Assembly (NCBI GenBank): GCA_973895155.1
Contig: OZ316891.1
Location: 4,435,708 to 4,499,707 of the forward strand
Reading direction: 5' to 3'
Source of the DNA: Marsupella aquatica
Lineage: Eukaryota > Plantae > Marchantiophyta
Length of the DNA stretch: 64,000 nt
Every line of letters starts with the position of its first letter. Positions within the stretch are counted from its first letter, which is position 1. The translations under genes and the position numbers were made by a program. The notes beneath the pieces were generated by a model, which was not told where the DNA came from, made no database searches, and was given only the letters and a program-made list of their open reading frames with translations. Positions 50,948 through 63,288 of this stretch are shown here, in pieces.

Positions 50948-53900
50948 AAGGGTAGCACGGAAAGGTGGACCCAGGCAACGGTGCTAGGAGAAACCTCCAC
51001 GACAGCAGAGATGAAGAGGAAGGGAGCCGTCAACGATGAAGCCACCCCGGAAAAAAGAACAAGGTCGGCGGCACCAAAGAAGCCAGCCCAACAGCAGAGC
51101 AGGAGGCAGGGAGAAGCCGAAGAGGAGGAGGTCGATCCCATCAATGCCATTCCAACCAGGGATGACACCTGGAAAGGCTGGGCGGCAACCCTACCAGTGG
51201 AGGTGCAACTACATTTTGCACGGGAGGAGGATGCATGCTTTACGGCCATGCAGACCAAGAAGTACCAAGGCTTCATGGCCGGATCCGGCTTAGAGGCCTT
51301 TGTAAGATTACCATGGCTGAAGCCGGAGGTGCCGGATTCAGACCTATTAGAATTCGTGGGGTCATGGGAACCCGAGACCAATTGCACGAGGATATATGGG
51401 AAGGATTTCTATCTTACTCCCAAGGTGATTGCCGAAGTGTTTGGCTTGCCAATAGGCAATAAGACCAAGGTTGATACTAGGAAGACCTTGCCTGACAAAG
51501 AGTTCCGGTCGTTCCCCGGGCCATCAACGAAGAATGGCTTCTTCCGGAACACCTGCACCAACCCGCACATAGGAGAGATGATAGACTTCTTTCGGGTGAC
51601 CATGCATTGTAACTTGTCGAGGGCAGAGATCGGCAAGGCACAGGTCTATCTGGCAAAGAGGCCAGACCCAAGCCGGGATTACAACGGGTACCTCCTCAAC
51701 CAATTGAAGAAAATCTTAAAGGAGGAGCAGCAGGTAATCGGCATGGGGAGCGTGTCGCGGCTTGGCTATCACATGCCGCTGTTGTGCCGGTATGCCAGAG
51801 GTCAGACCTTTGCCCCAGTACTTCCCCTGCAGGTAAGGGCACCTGAGGAAGCTCCAGCACCGAGGCCCGTAGCAGAGAAGCCTCAACCACCTGTTAGCCC
51901 TACGATTGAGCAGGTGTTTAGGCCAAGGAAGGAAGACTTGCCAATGCAGCAACCAAGCATGCAGAATCTGCTGAAAATGCTGGAGAAGGAAAAGATGGCA
52001 CCGGCACCGGCTTCGGCAGCGGCACCAATACAGGACACTGCCCCAGAGGTCAACCTAAGCAGACTTAGAAGGGAAAACTCCTTTACCGGAAACAAGGAGA
52101 GAATCAGGCCAGAATCCAAGCCGGGTGTTCGAATGTACGTGGGAGTCTCAAGCTCTGAATCTGAGGTAGAATTGCCTGAAGCTCCTACCGACGAGGAGGA
52201 GAGGGAGAAGCTGGAAGTCCAAGAAGTAGAGGAGGCAGTGGAGGACTGCAGCCATGATAACTCCGACTATGGGTCGGACCATCACATTCCAGGAGTAAGG
52301 ACCTGTGGCCGGTTTATCCCCACACTTCCAAGGGTAGTACGAGGGGACCCCAACCAGCAGAGTAGACCTAAGTCTCCCCACCAGATGTTGCTCCCCCGAG
52401 CTTTGACGGCATAAAACAGACGGCGCAGGAATTTCAGGAGCGAATCAGGCAGGAAGAGGAGGCAGCCCTGGCTAGGGAAAAGGATTTGCCAGGAGGAGAT
52501 TGGCCAGAGGACATCAGGCGGCTAGCCAAAAAAGGAAGCAAACCTCTAGCCACGATTGAAGAGATCCGCAAGACGGCTTGGGAACAGAGGCCGCGATGGA
52601 CGATGCCGATCACTTCTACTTACTCCACCTACGCTAAGAATAGAGCCATGGAGTATGGTGAGATATGTGGGGAACTTGCGCTCGACATCTTTGGGGAGGA
52701 GTTGGAGGTAGGACCCTTTTTCCATAGGGAGCAGTTGGAGAAGCACCAATTAGAAGAAGCGGTGGCTTTAGAGAGAAGCAAGAAGGACGAGGTCATCCGG
52801 CGGCTTAGGAGGATGGAAGCCGAGATTGAAGATCTAAGGGCGGCCAAGAAAGCCCAAGATGAACTGCGGATTAAGCGGCATGAGCTGAACATCATGCAGG
52901 GGCAGTTGGACACCGCGCAGGCTAATAATCAGATTATCAAGGATAAACTGACTCAGACCCAGGGAGAATTGGCCGACGCAATCAAGGACAGGGAGAAATG
53001 GAAGAAGGAGCTGAGAGACGCAGAGGAGGCCCATATAGCAGTCAACAACCGGGTCACGGCGGAGACTCAGAGAAGGGAGAGGGCGCTGAAGGGAGAGCTC
53101 GAGGTCATCCGCAGAGCCCTTGAGCAGAAGGAGGCCGAGTTAGGGAAATCCTATCAAGGGATTATTGCGCTACAGCAGGAGCTTGCGTCCCTGACGGCCA
53201 GCTTCAGGGCCGACCTGCGGGAGAAGGACGCCCAACTCGACCAGACTTATGCCAAGATGAATAACATGGAGTCTGAGGTCGTAGCGGAGCTCGACAAGGA
53301 GCTAAGAGCAACCCAGGAGGAGAGGGCTACCACCAAGAAGGAATTGGAGGAAGCCCACAGGGAATTGGAGGAAGCCAAAAACAAGCTGGAGGAGGCACGT
53401 AAGGACCTGGATGAGACCCAGGAGGAGTTGGAGGAAATCACGAGGAAGATGGAGAACCTACAGCGGCGGGCCGACAACCAAACAGAGCGGCTGAAGAAAC
53501 AAGCCGCAGTATTTAAATGCTTAGCTGCATCAGGTCCATCTCCCATTGGGGCAAACCAGTTACTCGGGGTGGTAATTGCCGAAGGACCAGCCGTGACACA
53601 CGGCCCGGTTCCGGACGTTGGTGGCAAGGGGAAGGAACCGACTGTGGAGATAGTGAAGAAGAAGAAGCAGAAACCTTCGGGGCCCGGAGGTTATTTGACC
53701 CCTCAAGCCGTACTCAAACCGGCACCAACCTCCAGCATGAACACGGCAATAGATCTCGCTATCACCAAAGGTGGGGATGGCGCGGCCCAAGCCAAACTAC
53801 TCAGTAATGAGGCCGGTATCCCAGATCCGCCTCTTGAGCAGGCCGGGGAGACCGTAGCCGAGGCTGAGGCCGTAGCCGAGAATGATTCCCGAGCCAATGC

Positions 53901-54963
53901 CGATGCCAATGGTGGACCCAGTCAGGCCGATGGAGAGTTGACTCAGTCAAGGGTAGGTAATCTGTCAGAGAATGAACCTACGGCAGTGGCTGAGGAGGAA
54001 GCGTTGGGGGCGTCCATTAAGGATCCACCACCGGTGTCATGACGGTGCAAGGGCGCCGTTCCTTTTAGGAAGGGCGGACGTGGAGGTAGGAGGCATGAGT
54101 GGGCAGGGCGGGCGCTGATCTCCAAGTTTAGGATTAGGATCAGGACCAGGAGCGGCCCTGACACTTAGCTTAGTGGGATTGCGGTTCCACTGGTAGGAGC
54201 AACACTAGTGCTCCTGCCTTGCTGTACATAGGTAGATCCGAGCAAATAGATTACTGTTAGGTAGATTAGGCTTACGCTGCAAAGAATTAGGCGGATCCAC
54301 TACCAGGATAAGTACCTGGGCAGCGGGGAGCTCAGGGCCTCTTCTTTAGCAAGTTTTTAGTTTGCACCAGCCGGGCTGGGATCAAGTAGTAAGAGAAGCT
54401 CTCGGTTAGTCATACCGTGACCTTGTGTATATTCATGTTTCCTCATGCCTAAGAGCTGAATAGAGTTGGCCTCACGGCTTAGTTCGCAGAGCTTGTGTAT
54501 GAGATGTACTATTTGTATGGCAAGTGCATGGTATGACTCAGTCAGAAGGAGTCATTTTGCTATTTGTGTGTCGCATTAACTTGTGTGAAGAGTGCCCACA
54601 TCAACCAACAGAAGGAAGGAAAGTAAGCAGGGGAGTGAGAGTTGGATGTGTCGAGCTGAGAGAGGTCTTAGCGGCTTAACCAAGCCTATTGGGGATCATT
54701 CCGGCGGCGGAATCCAAACATACCTAACCAGAAGGAGAGGAAGACAAGGGAAGGCCTAGATTAGGCCAGCTACGTATCTCATGACCCAATGAAGGATCTG
54801 TCCAGTATATGTGTGTAAAAGGCTAATAGTAATAGTAGAAGGAGGTTAGCAGCATCCCATGCCGCTAAGCCGCGGAAATGGCTTCGCCAATCCCAAAACC
54901 TGCGGGAATCGGCTTGCGCTGGGGGGTTTCTTGGGTTTAGGGAGCCATGGGACGCACCACATT

Positions 54964-54984
54964 TTTGGCGCTAGATGGAGGGGG
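54964..54984 (+). promoter_or_regulatory. Primer-binding site
   Basis: tttTGGCGCTAGATGGAGGGG right after the LTR-terminal CA; begins with TGG, complementary to tRNA CCA; cognate tRNA not determined. Confidence 0.8.
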
Positions 54985-55030
54985 CATTTCTTAAGCCGTG
55001 AGATATGAAGTTAGAAAGGAAGCATAGGTA

Positions 55031-57840
55031 ATGACTGACCTTACGCCGAGGGAAGAAAGAGTGATTCAACGAGAGAGAGCTCGACTGCAGCAGCTCGCCG
55101 GGTGGCATGATACACAACGACTGAGAGGAGCAGAAAGAGCTGGTAGCTCCGAAGCTGGAAGTGGCGTCGAAGAAGACATACCAGAAGAAGAGTCGGTAGG
55201 AAGAAACGAGTACCCAACCAACATGGGGGAACCAGAGGCGCGGCCAGACGAGAGGTCAGGGACCAGACTGAGCCAACGGTCGCGCATTCATTACAAAGCA
55301 TTTCATGGAAGAGGAGATGAGGATCCGGACGAATGGTTGGATGATTTCGAGGGAACCGCTGCAGCAAATGGAGAATCGGCCATCAAGATGCAGATTCTTC
55401 CCGGCCTGTTCAAGGGTGAGGCTAGGCCTTGGTACAGAGCATTAGATGTGGAAGATCAAGCCATCTGGGATATCTTCAAAACACTCTTTGTTAAGGAGTT
55501 TCGACCCATTGGAACTTCAGAACTAGCAGTGCTGAAGTTGGGACGACTTCGGTTCAAGGAGAACAAATCCTTCAGGAAGTTCTTGCAACGCTTTCAGAAA
55601 CTAGTAAGATGTACAAAGACCAATGCATCTGAAGGTATGCAACTTCAATGGTTGGTGAATGCTTTGCCATAGAAGATGAGTTTTGCAATTAGGAAGGAGA
55701 ACCCGGAGACCTTGGCCGAGGCAATTAAGGATATTCAATTATACATTAATGCAGATATCACAAGCCGGAAGAAACAGCTTAAGTCTGAGAGTTCCTCATC
55801 AGAGGAGGGATCACCCCATAAGAAAAAAGATAAGAAGAAGAAACATTCTAAGAAGTCAAGAAGTGATAACTCAAGCTCGGATAGTGGAAGTAGCAAGAGT
55901 GAGTCATCTTCTAGTTCTGAAGAAGAAAGGCCAGAAGGAGAGGGAAGACGAAAGTCAAGCTGGAGGCTAAGCCACCAGATAACATCGTGGCCCTTACCGA
56001 GCAACTTAAGGCTATAATTGCAGAGGTAAAACCAAAGAAGAAGGTAGTACAGGAGGATAGCTCTGTATGGTGTGCCTTATGTTATAAAACCGGACACCAT
56101 AAAGATGCGTGTCCTAAACTTAATACTAATCATGTTCGGCATGTGGCCGAGATCAGACCCTATCAGGGAGAAGTAGAGTACTTTCTAGGAGATGCCGCTG
56201 ATAGTGTTTTCGGCATCAGTGAGACTGGAGCACGAGACCTATCCAACAGACCTGCATCTCTATGGTCAGGATTAAGGAACAACCCGGGAGAGATGTATCC
56301 TCGGATTATTCAGAACCCGTCAGTACCTCCTAGGCCGAATGTACAGAGATTTGCGGCATGCTATAATTGTGGTCAACCTGGCCACTTTGCTAGAGAGTGC
56401 CCGAATGCACGCAAACAAGGTGATGGACAACCAGCTCAGCTATGTATGGGATGTAGACAGGAGGGTCACATGCTAGGACAATGTCCTACTTGGTTGGCAG
56501 GCCTGGCCGCAAATCATAAGCTCTTACCAATTAAGGTCTTACCGCCAGGTACTACCCCCGGAGGAGTTCAAATCAACCACATCAAGCTAGGATGGCAAGC
56601 GGATGCCGAGGCAGAGTTCGTACCATCTGATGATGAGGCCGAAGCCCTATCAACCTTCTCAGAAGAGGATTTAGATCATGATTGCTACCGGGTCTCTACT
56701 CGATCAACCAGAAGGAAGGAAAGGTGGGATGGGCTGGCCAAAAATAAAGTTCAGGAAGAAAAAATCGACTTTTCGTCAACATCAACAGAAGGAGAAGGAA
56801 GGGCACCGTCAATACAGGCAAGCCATGAGCCCACCAGTGAACCCAATCCTTCACAAGATAGCGACTTCAATCAAGATCATCCTAAGTTGTTCTACCCCTC
56901 TGTTACGGCTAGTGTTAAGGAACAACTGAGAGAATTAGAAACCCTGGAGAATACCGAAGCCATTGCCAAGGATGTGAAACGAGCAAAAGCATTGTTTGCT
57001 TCGGAGGATCCAACAGCTGTGGAGACTAGCGTGGCGAAACAGGCCGAATCCAAGATGGAGACACCACTAGAGGAAAAGCCGATTGTTCCCTATGACCTGG
57101 CTAAAGATGTACTAGAATCTAGAGTCTCGGCAACAGTAGGTCAACTATTGAAAAATAGCCCGTACTTCCGGAAGCAGTTAAGAAAGCCGATCCTCGGCAA
57201 GCCAAGATTACCCAAGGTAGCGACCAGATCCGACGTACTAATGATAGAAGAAGATCAAGAAGCCCCAGCATTACCATTAATGATTCAAGGAGAATTATTA
57301 CTATGGGTACCCATCGATGGAGGATCAGGGGTATGTATTATGATTGATTCAACAGCAAAAGGGTGGGGTCTAACACCAGAGATGACTGGAAGAGTGTTAA
57401 ACATGGCCAATGGATATCAGGTCATTCCCACGGGAGTGTTAACTGGCATCAAGACAGAGATAGGAGGTATCTTTTTTAGCATTAACTATGTAGTAATGAG
57501 GCCGGTAAATCCTACGTCATTCCGGCTATTGATTGGTAGGCCGTGGCTATACCTAGCCAAGGTAATAGAGGATTGGGGTAAGAAGGAGTTCACTTTTGGG
57601 ACCCCTTCTATCACGGTATCCTGGGATACCAAGGATGACCGCAGAAGAAGCATCAGGGAGGTAGACGGGTACGAAAGTGGACTGGAGTCAGCCGATGAAG
57701 TACGTTGGCTAGAATGCCTGGCTGACCAAACCGAAGAAAGTGTCTTTGGACCAGAGGTACCCCCAGCGGATTATGGCAAGAACCAATGGAAGGTGACTTG
57801 GAAGAAGAAGACGAAGAGGTCGAGGACTGCTTTACAATAG
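55031..57840 (+). pseudogene. gag: Gag (three CCHC zinc knuckles) and aspartic protease; one stop and frameshifts
   Basis: FHGRGDEDPDEWLDDFE...GEARPWY...W..FK..F capsid motif; CALC..GH....C, CYNCGQPGHFAREC, CMGCRQEGHMLGQC; protease IDGGSG...LLIGRPWL. Confidence 0.9.
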
Positions 57841-57907
57841 AATCCACCTTTTTAGCTGCAATTCCGGAGGAAGTAAAGGATGTAGACCAATTGGATGAAA
57901 CGGCTAA

Positions 57908-59415
57908 GTGGGGAGCAGTAGCAGGGACAGTGGATTTTCTGTAGGCATTGTGGTAGAGCCGACGGGGTCCACAACGCCATCGATCATCGGCAAGGAATTA
58001 AATACCAAGGGATCGGCATACAAGCCGATTACAAGGGCAGAACAAATTGAGGCCCTATTAGAAGCCGGGAGAGCACAGCGGCCTGACCCTCAGGAGCAAG
58101 AGGTGGATGAGATGCACAGACAAAATCCAGAGCCGAGGCAGGAAGGAAAACCGACTACCAATTCAAAACCGAATAGGCCGGCAAGGGGACAGTCTGTGGG
58201 CACCAAGGGAGAAATTGATTCGGCTAGTACAGCCGAGATTCCAGTTTATGGAGGTATGAGACTAGAGAGGCTGGAAGCCGAGCTGGACCCGAATTTGAAG
58301 AAGCAGATTAATATGATCCAAGCACGGCAATACCGGAAGCTCGACTTAGGAGAAGGAAGGGAACTAAACTTAGGGAGAGACCTAGCACCTGAGCTTGAGA
58401 AAGAGATCAGTGACTTACTGATTGACTTTCAAGATGTGTTTGCATGGAGTCACCAAGATCTAAAGGGAGTAGATCCAACATTAGGGGAACATCGAATTGA
58501 TCTCATGTTAGGAGCCAAATCATTCAGACAACCAATTCGAAGGATGAACCCGAAGTATTCCCTGCTGGTCAAAACGGAAATCGACAAACTAGTGGAAGCT
58601 GGATTCATCACTCCAGTCCTGCATTCAGACTGGGTGTCTCCAATTGTGATAGTTCCCAAGAAAGCTGGACCCGATGGTAAACCCAAGATCCGGGTTTGTC
58701 AGGATTACAGGAAACTGAATGAAGCGACGTTAAAAGACCATTTTCCCTTACCCTTTACTGATATGGTACTAGACATGGTAGCCAGTCATGAACTATATTC
58801 ATTCATGGATGGGTACTCTGGTTATAACCAAATTAGGATTCGGCAGGAAGACCAAATCAAGACGGCCTTCATCACGGAATGGGGGATCTATGTCTTCAAT
58901 CGTATGCCGTTTGGACTCTGTAATGCACTAGCTATGTTCCAACGATTGATGGTGAACATTTTTCATGATTACTTGAGAAAGCTCATGGAAATCTTCATTG
59001 ATGACTTTGCAGTATTCGGGAAGGCATCGAAACATGCTAAATATCTCAGGAAAACCTTCATGAGATGCAGAGAGGTAGGTCTCAAGTTACACCCAGATAA
59101 ATGTTTCTTTGCAGTAACCGAGGGGGTGCTACTAGGTCACAAGGTATCAAGGAAGGGCATTGAGATTGACAAAGGTAAGCTACCAGTATGGCTAGATATC
59201 ATGCAACCTAAGAACATAAAGGATGTAAGATCCTTCTTGGGATGCATTGGTTACTATCGCCGGTTCATCAAAGATTTTGCCAAGCTAGCTTTACCATTAA
59301 CCAACATGCTCAAGGCAGGAGCAGACTTCGAACCCACACCCGAACGAGTCACAGCGGTGGTAGAATTGAAGCAGATGTTAGTAGAGGCCCCAGTCATGAT
59401 AGCACCGGACTGGAA
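57908..59415 (+). pseudogene. pol: Reverse transcriptase, truncated before RNase H and integrase
   Basis: WVSPIVIVPKK, RVCQDYRKLN, FMDGYSGYNQI, MPFGLCNA, FIDDF, VRSFLG..GYYRRFIKDF; ends at APVMIAPDW. Confidence 0.93.
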
Positions 59416-60046
59416 CTCAGGGCCTCTTCTTTAGCAAGTTTTTAGTTTGCACCAGCCGGGCTGGGATCAAGTAGTAAGAGAAGCTCTCGGTTAGTCATAC
59501 CGTGACCTTGTGTATATTCATGTTTCCTCATGCCTAAGAGCTGAATAGAGTTGGCCTCACGACTTAGTTCGCAGAGCTTGTGTATGAGATGTACTATTTG
59601 TATGGCAAGTGCATGGTATGACTCAGTCAGAAGGAGTCATTTTGCTATTTGTGTGTCGCATTAACTTGTGTGAAGAGTGCCCACATCAACCAACAGAAGG
59701 AAGGAAAGTAAGCAGGGGAGTGAGAGTTGGATGTGTCGAGCTGAGAGAGGTCTTAGCGGCTTAACCAAGCCTATTGGGGATCATTTCGGCGGCGGAATCC
59801 AAACATACCTAACCAGAAGGAGAGGAAGACAAGGGAAGGCCTAGATTAGTCCGGCTACGTATCTCATGACCCGATGAAGGATCTGTCCAGTATATATGTG
59901 TAAAAGGCTAATAGTAATAGTAGAAGGAGGTTAGCAGCGTCCCATGCCGCTAAGCCGCGGAAACGGCCTCGCCAAGCATGAAACCTGCGGGAATCGGCTT
60001 GCGCTGGGGGGTTTCTTGGGTTTAGGGAGCCATGGGACGCACCACA
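59416..60046 (+). repeat. Remnant of the 3' LTR (last ~630 bp)
   Basis: Matches 54331-54961 with about 13 substitutions by manual count. Confidence 0.95.
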
Positions 60047-60899
60047 AGAAGTGCGGGGGTACACCCTACGGAAAACCTTACGTACAACCGTACCTTCCGT
60101 ACAAGCATAGTGCTAGGCGTTCTAGATCCGATACTCATGATTGCTCACCGTCGTTTCTCTCCCTCCTCCCTAATTTGTGTGGCAATGTAATCCCGGTAAG
60201 CAGCCTTGTATCGACGAACACAGGCTGTACTGAACTCAGGTGGATCAAACATCCATACTAAAAATTCTCCTATCACCACAATTTCCGTCACACCGTACAA
60301 TTCCTGGCCCGTATAGCCCCCGTACCACGATCTCGAGTCCACTCTACTTCCCCTCAGCCAAACCACCAGAGCAAACCGTCACGAAAAGTTTCACGTACCC
60401 GACAACAATCTCCCCAAAAATCCTTGTTTCCCCGGCCCGTCCGGCCCCCAACACGACCGGCTCCACCTCACTCAGGGGGGGTCCAAATGCTGCCGTCATA
60501 AGAACCTCACCCTCCCATGACACTTAAGCTCCCCCCAAAAGAGCTTCCGGAATGGAGAGGAGCGAGAGGTTTTGGAAGGAAGAAAAGAAAAAGACATTCG
60601 GCCATAGGGGAGAAAAGAGAGACAATGTTTTCAAAAAAAAAACCCCAATACCCCTACGCTCTCCTGGACAACCCTTATAGGTGGCCGGCTTCCCTTTCAA
60701 ACCTATTGGCACTTCCCGAGGATCGGGGGATTTTTATTCCCCCACCGCCTTGTAATGGCTCCTTCGAGGCCTCCCCCAGGTGCGGGGAGCCTCTTCCAAA
60801 AAAAACATGGGGGCTCCCTTTATTAGGCCTCCCCCTTAAAGACTCACTTCTCCTCGCCCGTACCTGCCCTCTCTGCCTCCCTGGAATCGGGGAATCATT

Positions 60900-61480
60900 T
60901 ACCCCCCCTTTATACTCGCTGCGCCTGCCCCTGCTCCTTCCTCCTTCGGCTCGCTGCGCCCTGCCCTTGGGAGAATTTAGTGCCCTGTATTGGGGGATTT
61001 AATCCCTTATTTGTGGCAGCCTTTTAGCTCCCTTGGCTGCTTGCGATGGAGGGCTCGCCTCCCTATGGAGGCGCCCATCCCGCTCACGGCAGCACCTGCG
61101 CCCCGTCTACTTCCTCTTACTCATGGCAGCACCTGCGCCCCGTTGGCGGGCACGCGGCCCTATGCAGGGCTCATGCTCGGTTGATTTTGGGGGAATTTTA
61201 ACCCCTCCGACTTGCCCCTGCAGCTCTACACCTGCTCACTTGCGCCCCGGCCAAGCCTGCCACTTGCGGCAGCCCCTCAAATGGGGGATTTAATTCCCCC
61301 CACCTCCTGCACGCGGCCCTATGCAGGGCTCATGGCAGCCACCACCGTTTGCCCCGGCTCCTCCACGCCCAGCCCGACTCCTCTCCGTCTTGCGCCTTGG
61401 CTGCACCCCTGCGCTCCGCATGCGGCCAAGCAGGGCTCGCGCTCATTTTTGGGGGATTTAAACCCCCTCCTAATTTTTTT
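60900..61480. repeat. GC-rich degenerate repeats, probably subterminal to the CACTG element
   Basis: Recurrent gggggatttaa(t)ccc and cctgcgcccc; gcacgcggccctatgcagggctcatg duplicated at ~61150 and ~61309. Confidence 0.65.
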
Positions 61481-61706
61481 CTTCTCTCGCTTTGGCACTG
61501 GCTGCAACCTCGGCTCGCGCCTCCTTACTCCCGGGGTCACACCCTCCTGCCAAAACGGAAAAAAACTTCCCCCAACATCCATTGTCGGGGTATCCTAAAA
61601 TGGCCATAAAATAATGGGGAGTCCTCCCAAGGTAGGGCCCTCCACTGATTCTATGTCTAAGGGGCCCAACATATTTGCAAAACAATTAGGGAATTTTTTT
61701 TAAATA

Positions 61707-61730
61707 CGGTACCCCGGTCCATCACCAGTG
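61707..61730 (-). mobile_element. Probable terminus (TIR) of a CACTG-type element
   Basis: Reverse complement reads cactggtgatggaccggggtaccg, resembling the CACTA TIR cactagtagaaaccgggggg; partner end not in the window. Confidence 0.6.
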
Positions 61731-61878
61731 ACAGAGTTAACTTAAAAATTTTGAAAAAGGCTTATTTACAATGGTTATTTATAGTGCACACCACTCTGAA
61801 ACCCATTATTTGTGATTTTGAATGACGGGGACCCCGTCACATGATCCAACCATAATTATTCCAATATGCAACGTACTC

Positions 61879-62197
61879 TTCATGTGTTCTAACTTAGTTT
61901 TTGAATAATATCAAACTTACATAACCAAGGGGTCCTCGAAATAATTGTGTTAAGACGGTTCATGTGTTCTAACCTAGTTTTTGAATAATATCAAACTTAC
62001 ATAACCAAGGGGTCCTCGAAATAATTGTGTTAAGACGGTTCATGTGTTATAACTTAGTTTTTGAATAATATCAAACTTACATAACCAAGGGATCCTCGAA
62101 ATAATTGTGTTAAGACGGTTCATGTGTTCTAACTTAGTTTTTGAATAATATCAAACTTACATAACCAAGGGGTCCTCGAAATAATTGTGTTAAGACG
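61879..62197. repeat. 80-bp tandem repeat, four near-identical copies
   Basis: Units start at 61879, 61959, 62039 and 62119, without spacers. Confidence 0.95.
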
Positions 62198-63288
62198 CGC
62201 GGTTCGGCGTAGTTGTAATACTTTTGCTCTACAATGGTGAAAACATTTGTAGTCTCAAGGGTCATTTTCTTCCTAAACAGATCCTTGAGATGCATACTTG
62301 ACAGTGACCAAACGCCTGCCTAGCTGTATGTTTGGTCGCGTTTCACAGGACTTGGCAAGGCATTTCCAATCTTATTTTTATGTTTCTCATATTTATGTAA
62401 TAATATATACTAAGTGTGTGATGTCCCCCCTCGATCCCCCCCCCCCCTAAAGAAAAGAAAATAGAGTTTTAAAAAGCAAAATGACCCCTGCCTCACCAAT
62501 GCTTTTGTGTCCCTCCTCTTCAAAAACCCTTATAACTTCACCTTAAAAGCAGGAAAATGTGTTAAAAACTCTCCCCATGTAAGTCATCATGATGTGACAT
62601 AAAGTGTGTCAATGGTCCATATAACTGGCAATATAAGGGCCTAGATCCAACATTTGAAACATGTGGCACATGGCATTGACAAAGTATTGTAGACATTATT
62701 ATGGGCCCTTTTTCGGCCCCTCATCACAAGTTCAGCCATATAGCAACCTCTATAAGATTCAATGTATGTAAGGAAAGCTCCCACAAGTTCAGCCAATGCC
62801 TTAAGAAAATGAAAACTCAGATTTATGTTAGGGGAAGGGTGAGAAATTTAGAACGGAAGGAGACAAAGTCTTTTTTTATTTGATTTATTTTGCCGCATAT
62901 TTACTCCATTAAAACATGCCCAAGTACACGAAGTGTCCGCCATGTCTCCCAAGAGAAAAACTCCGCGTCTCTCTAAAATGAACGTCTCCCAAAGCTCCAC
63001 CTCCGTAAAGTCAACGTCCCCGTAAAATCAACGTCTCCCAAAACTCGGCCCTAAACTCCGGGTCTCCCTTCTGGATCCTCTACTTGCATTCACTTTGTGC
63101 CCCACGATAATGTCCTTATCTAGTGATAACTCTACACAATTTGTCGAGTGTTCTGCAGTCCGGCTTGTCATTTGATTCGCAACCATTGCAGATCGGTATT
63201 TGTCCCTTCTTGAGTAGTGCTTGCGCCCGGCTGAGTGCCTGCCCTTCACCACTATTTTTTGGATTTCTGTTGGGCTCTTTTTAGAGAC

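Larger units (their letters stand above)
46385..54042 (+). pseudogene. Second copy of the LTR-B-encoded protein, split by LTR-C, with stops and a frameshift near 52380
   Basis: ORFs 46772-46941, 50953-52414 and 52486-54042 are near-identical to the protein at 14008-17658; HWELKG and STERW rejoin across LTR-C. Confidence 0.9.
46270..54961 (+). repeat. 5' LTR (family B; 4681 bp after removing nested LTR-C)
   Basis: Same ends as the solo copy (tgtgatgcctag...gggacgcaccaca); followed directly by the PBS. Confidence 0.93.
46270..60046 (+). mobile_element. Ty3/gypsy LTR retrotransposon (non-chromovirus, Athila/Tat-like) with family B LTRs, internally deleted
   Basis: TG...CA ends; TSD AGAAG at 46265-46269 and 60047-60051; LTR, PBS, gag, protease, RT, then an abrupt jump into the last ~630 bp of the 3' LTR. 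Confidence 0.95.
7230..60522 (-). mobile_element. Putative solo LTR, family D (~3.6 kb of own sequence), broken apart by later insertions
   Basis: TG at 7230 and CA at 60522, flanked by CTTAA (7225-7229, 60523-60527). Minus-strand ORF pieces at ~60050-60110, 45833-46269, ~42560-42650 and 9620-9853. Shares a downstream AGTATTTAG/hairpin motif with LTR-A and LTR-C. The left boundary could be a chance match. Confidence 0.5.

Noticed and set aside
60517-61685. ORFs in the GC-rich repeat region
   Set aside because: Low-complexity Pro/Leu/Ala translations of subterminal repeats.
61879-62197. CRISPR-like array
   Set aside because: Head-to-tail 80-bp units with no unique spacers, no cas genes and a eukaryotic context.
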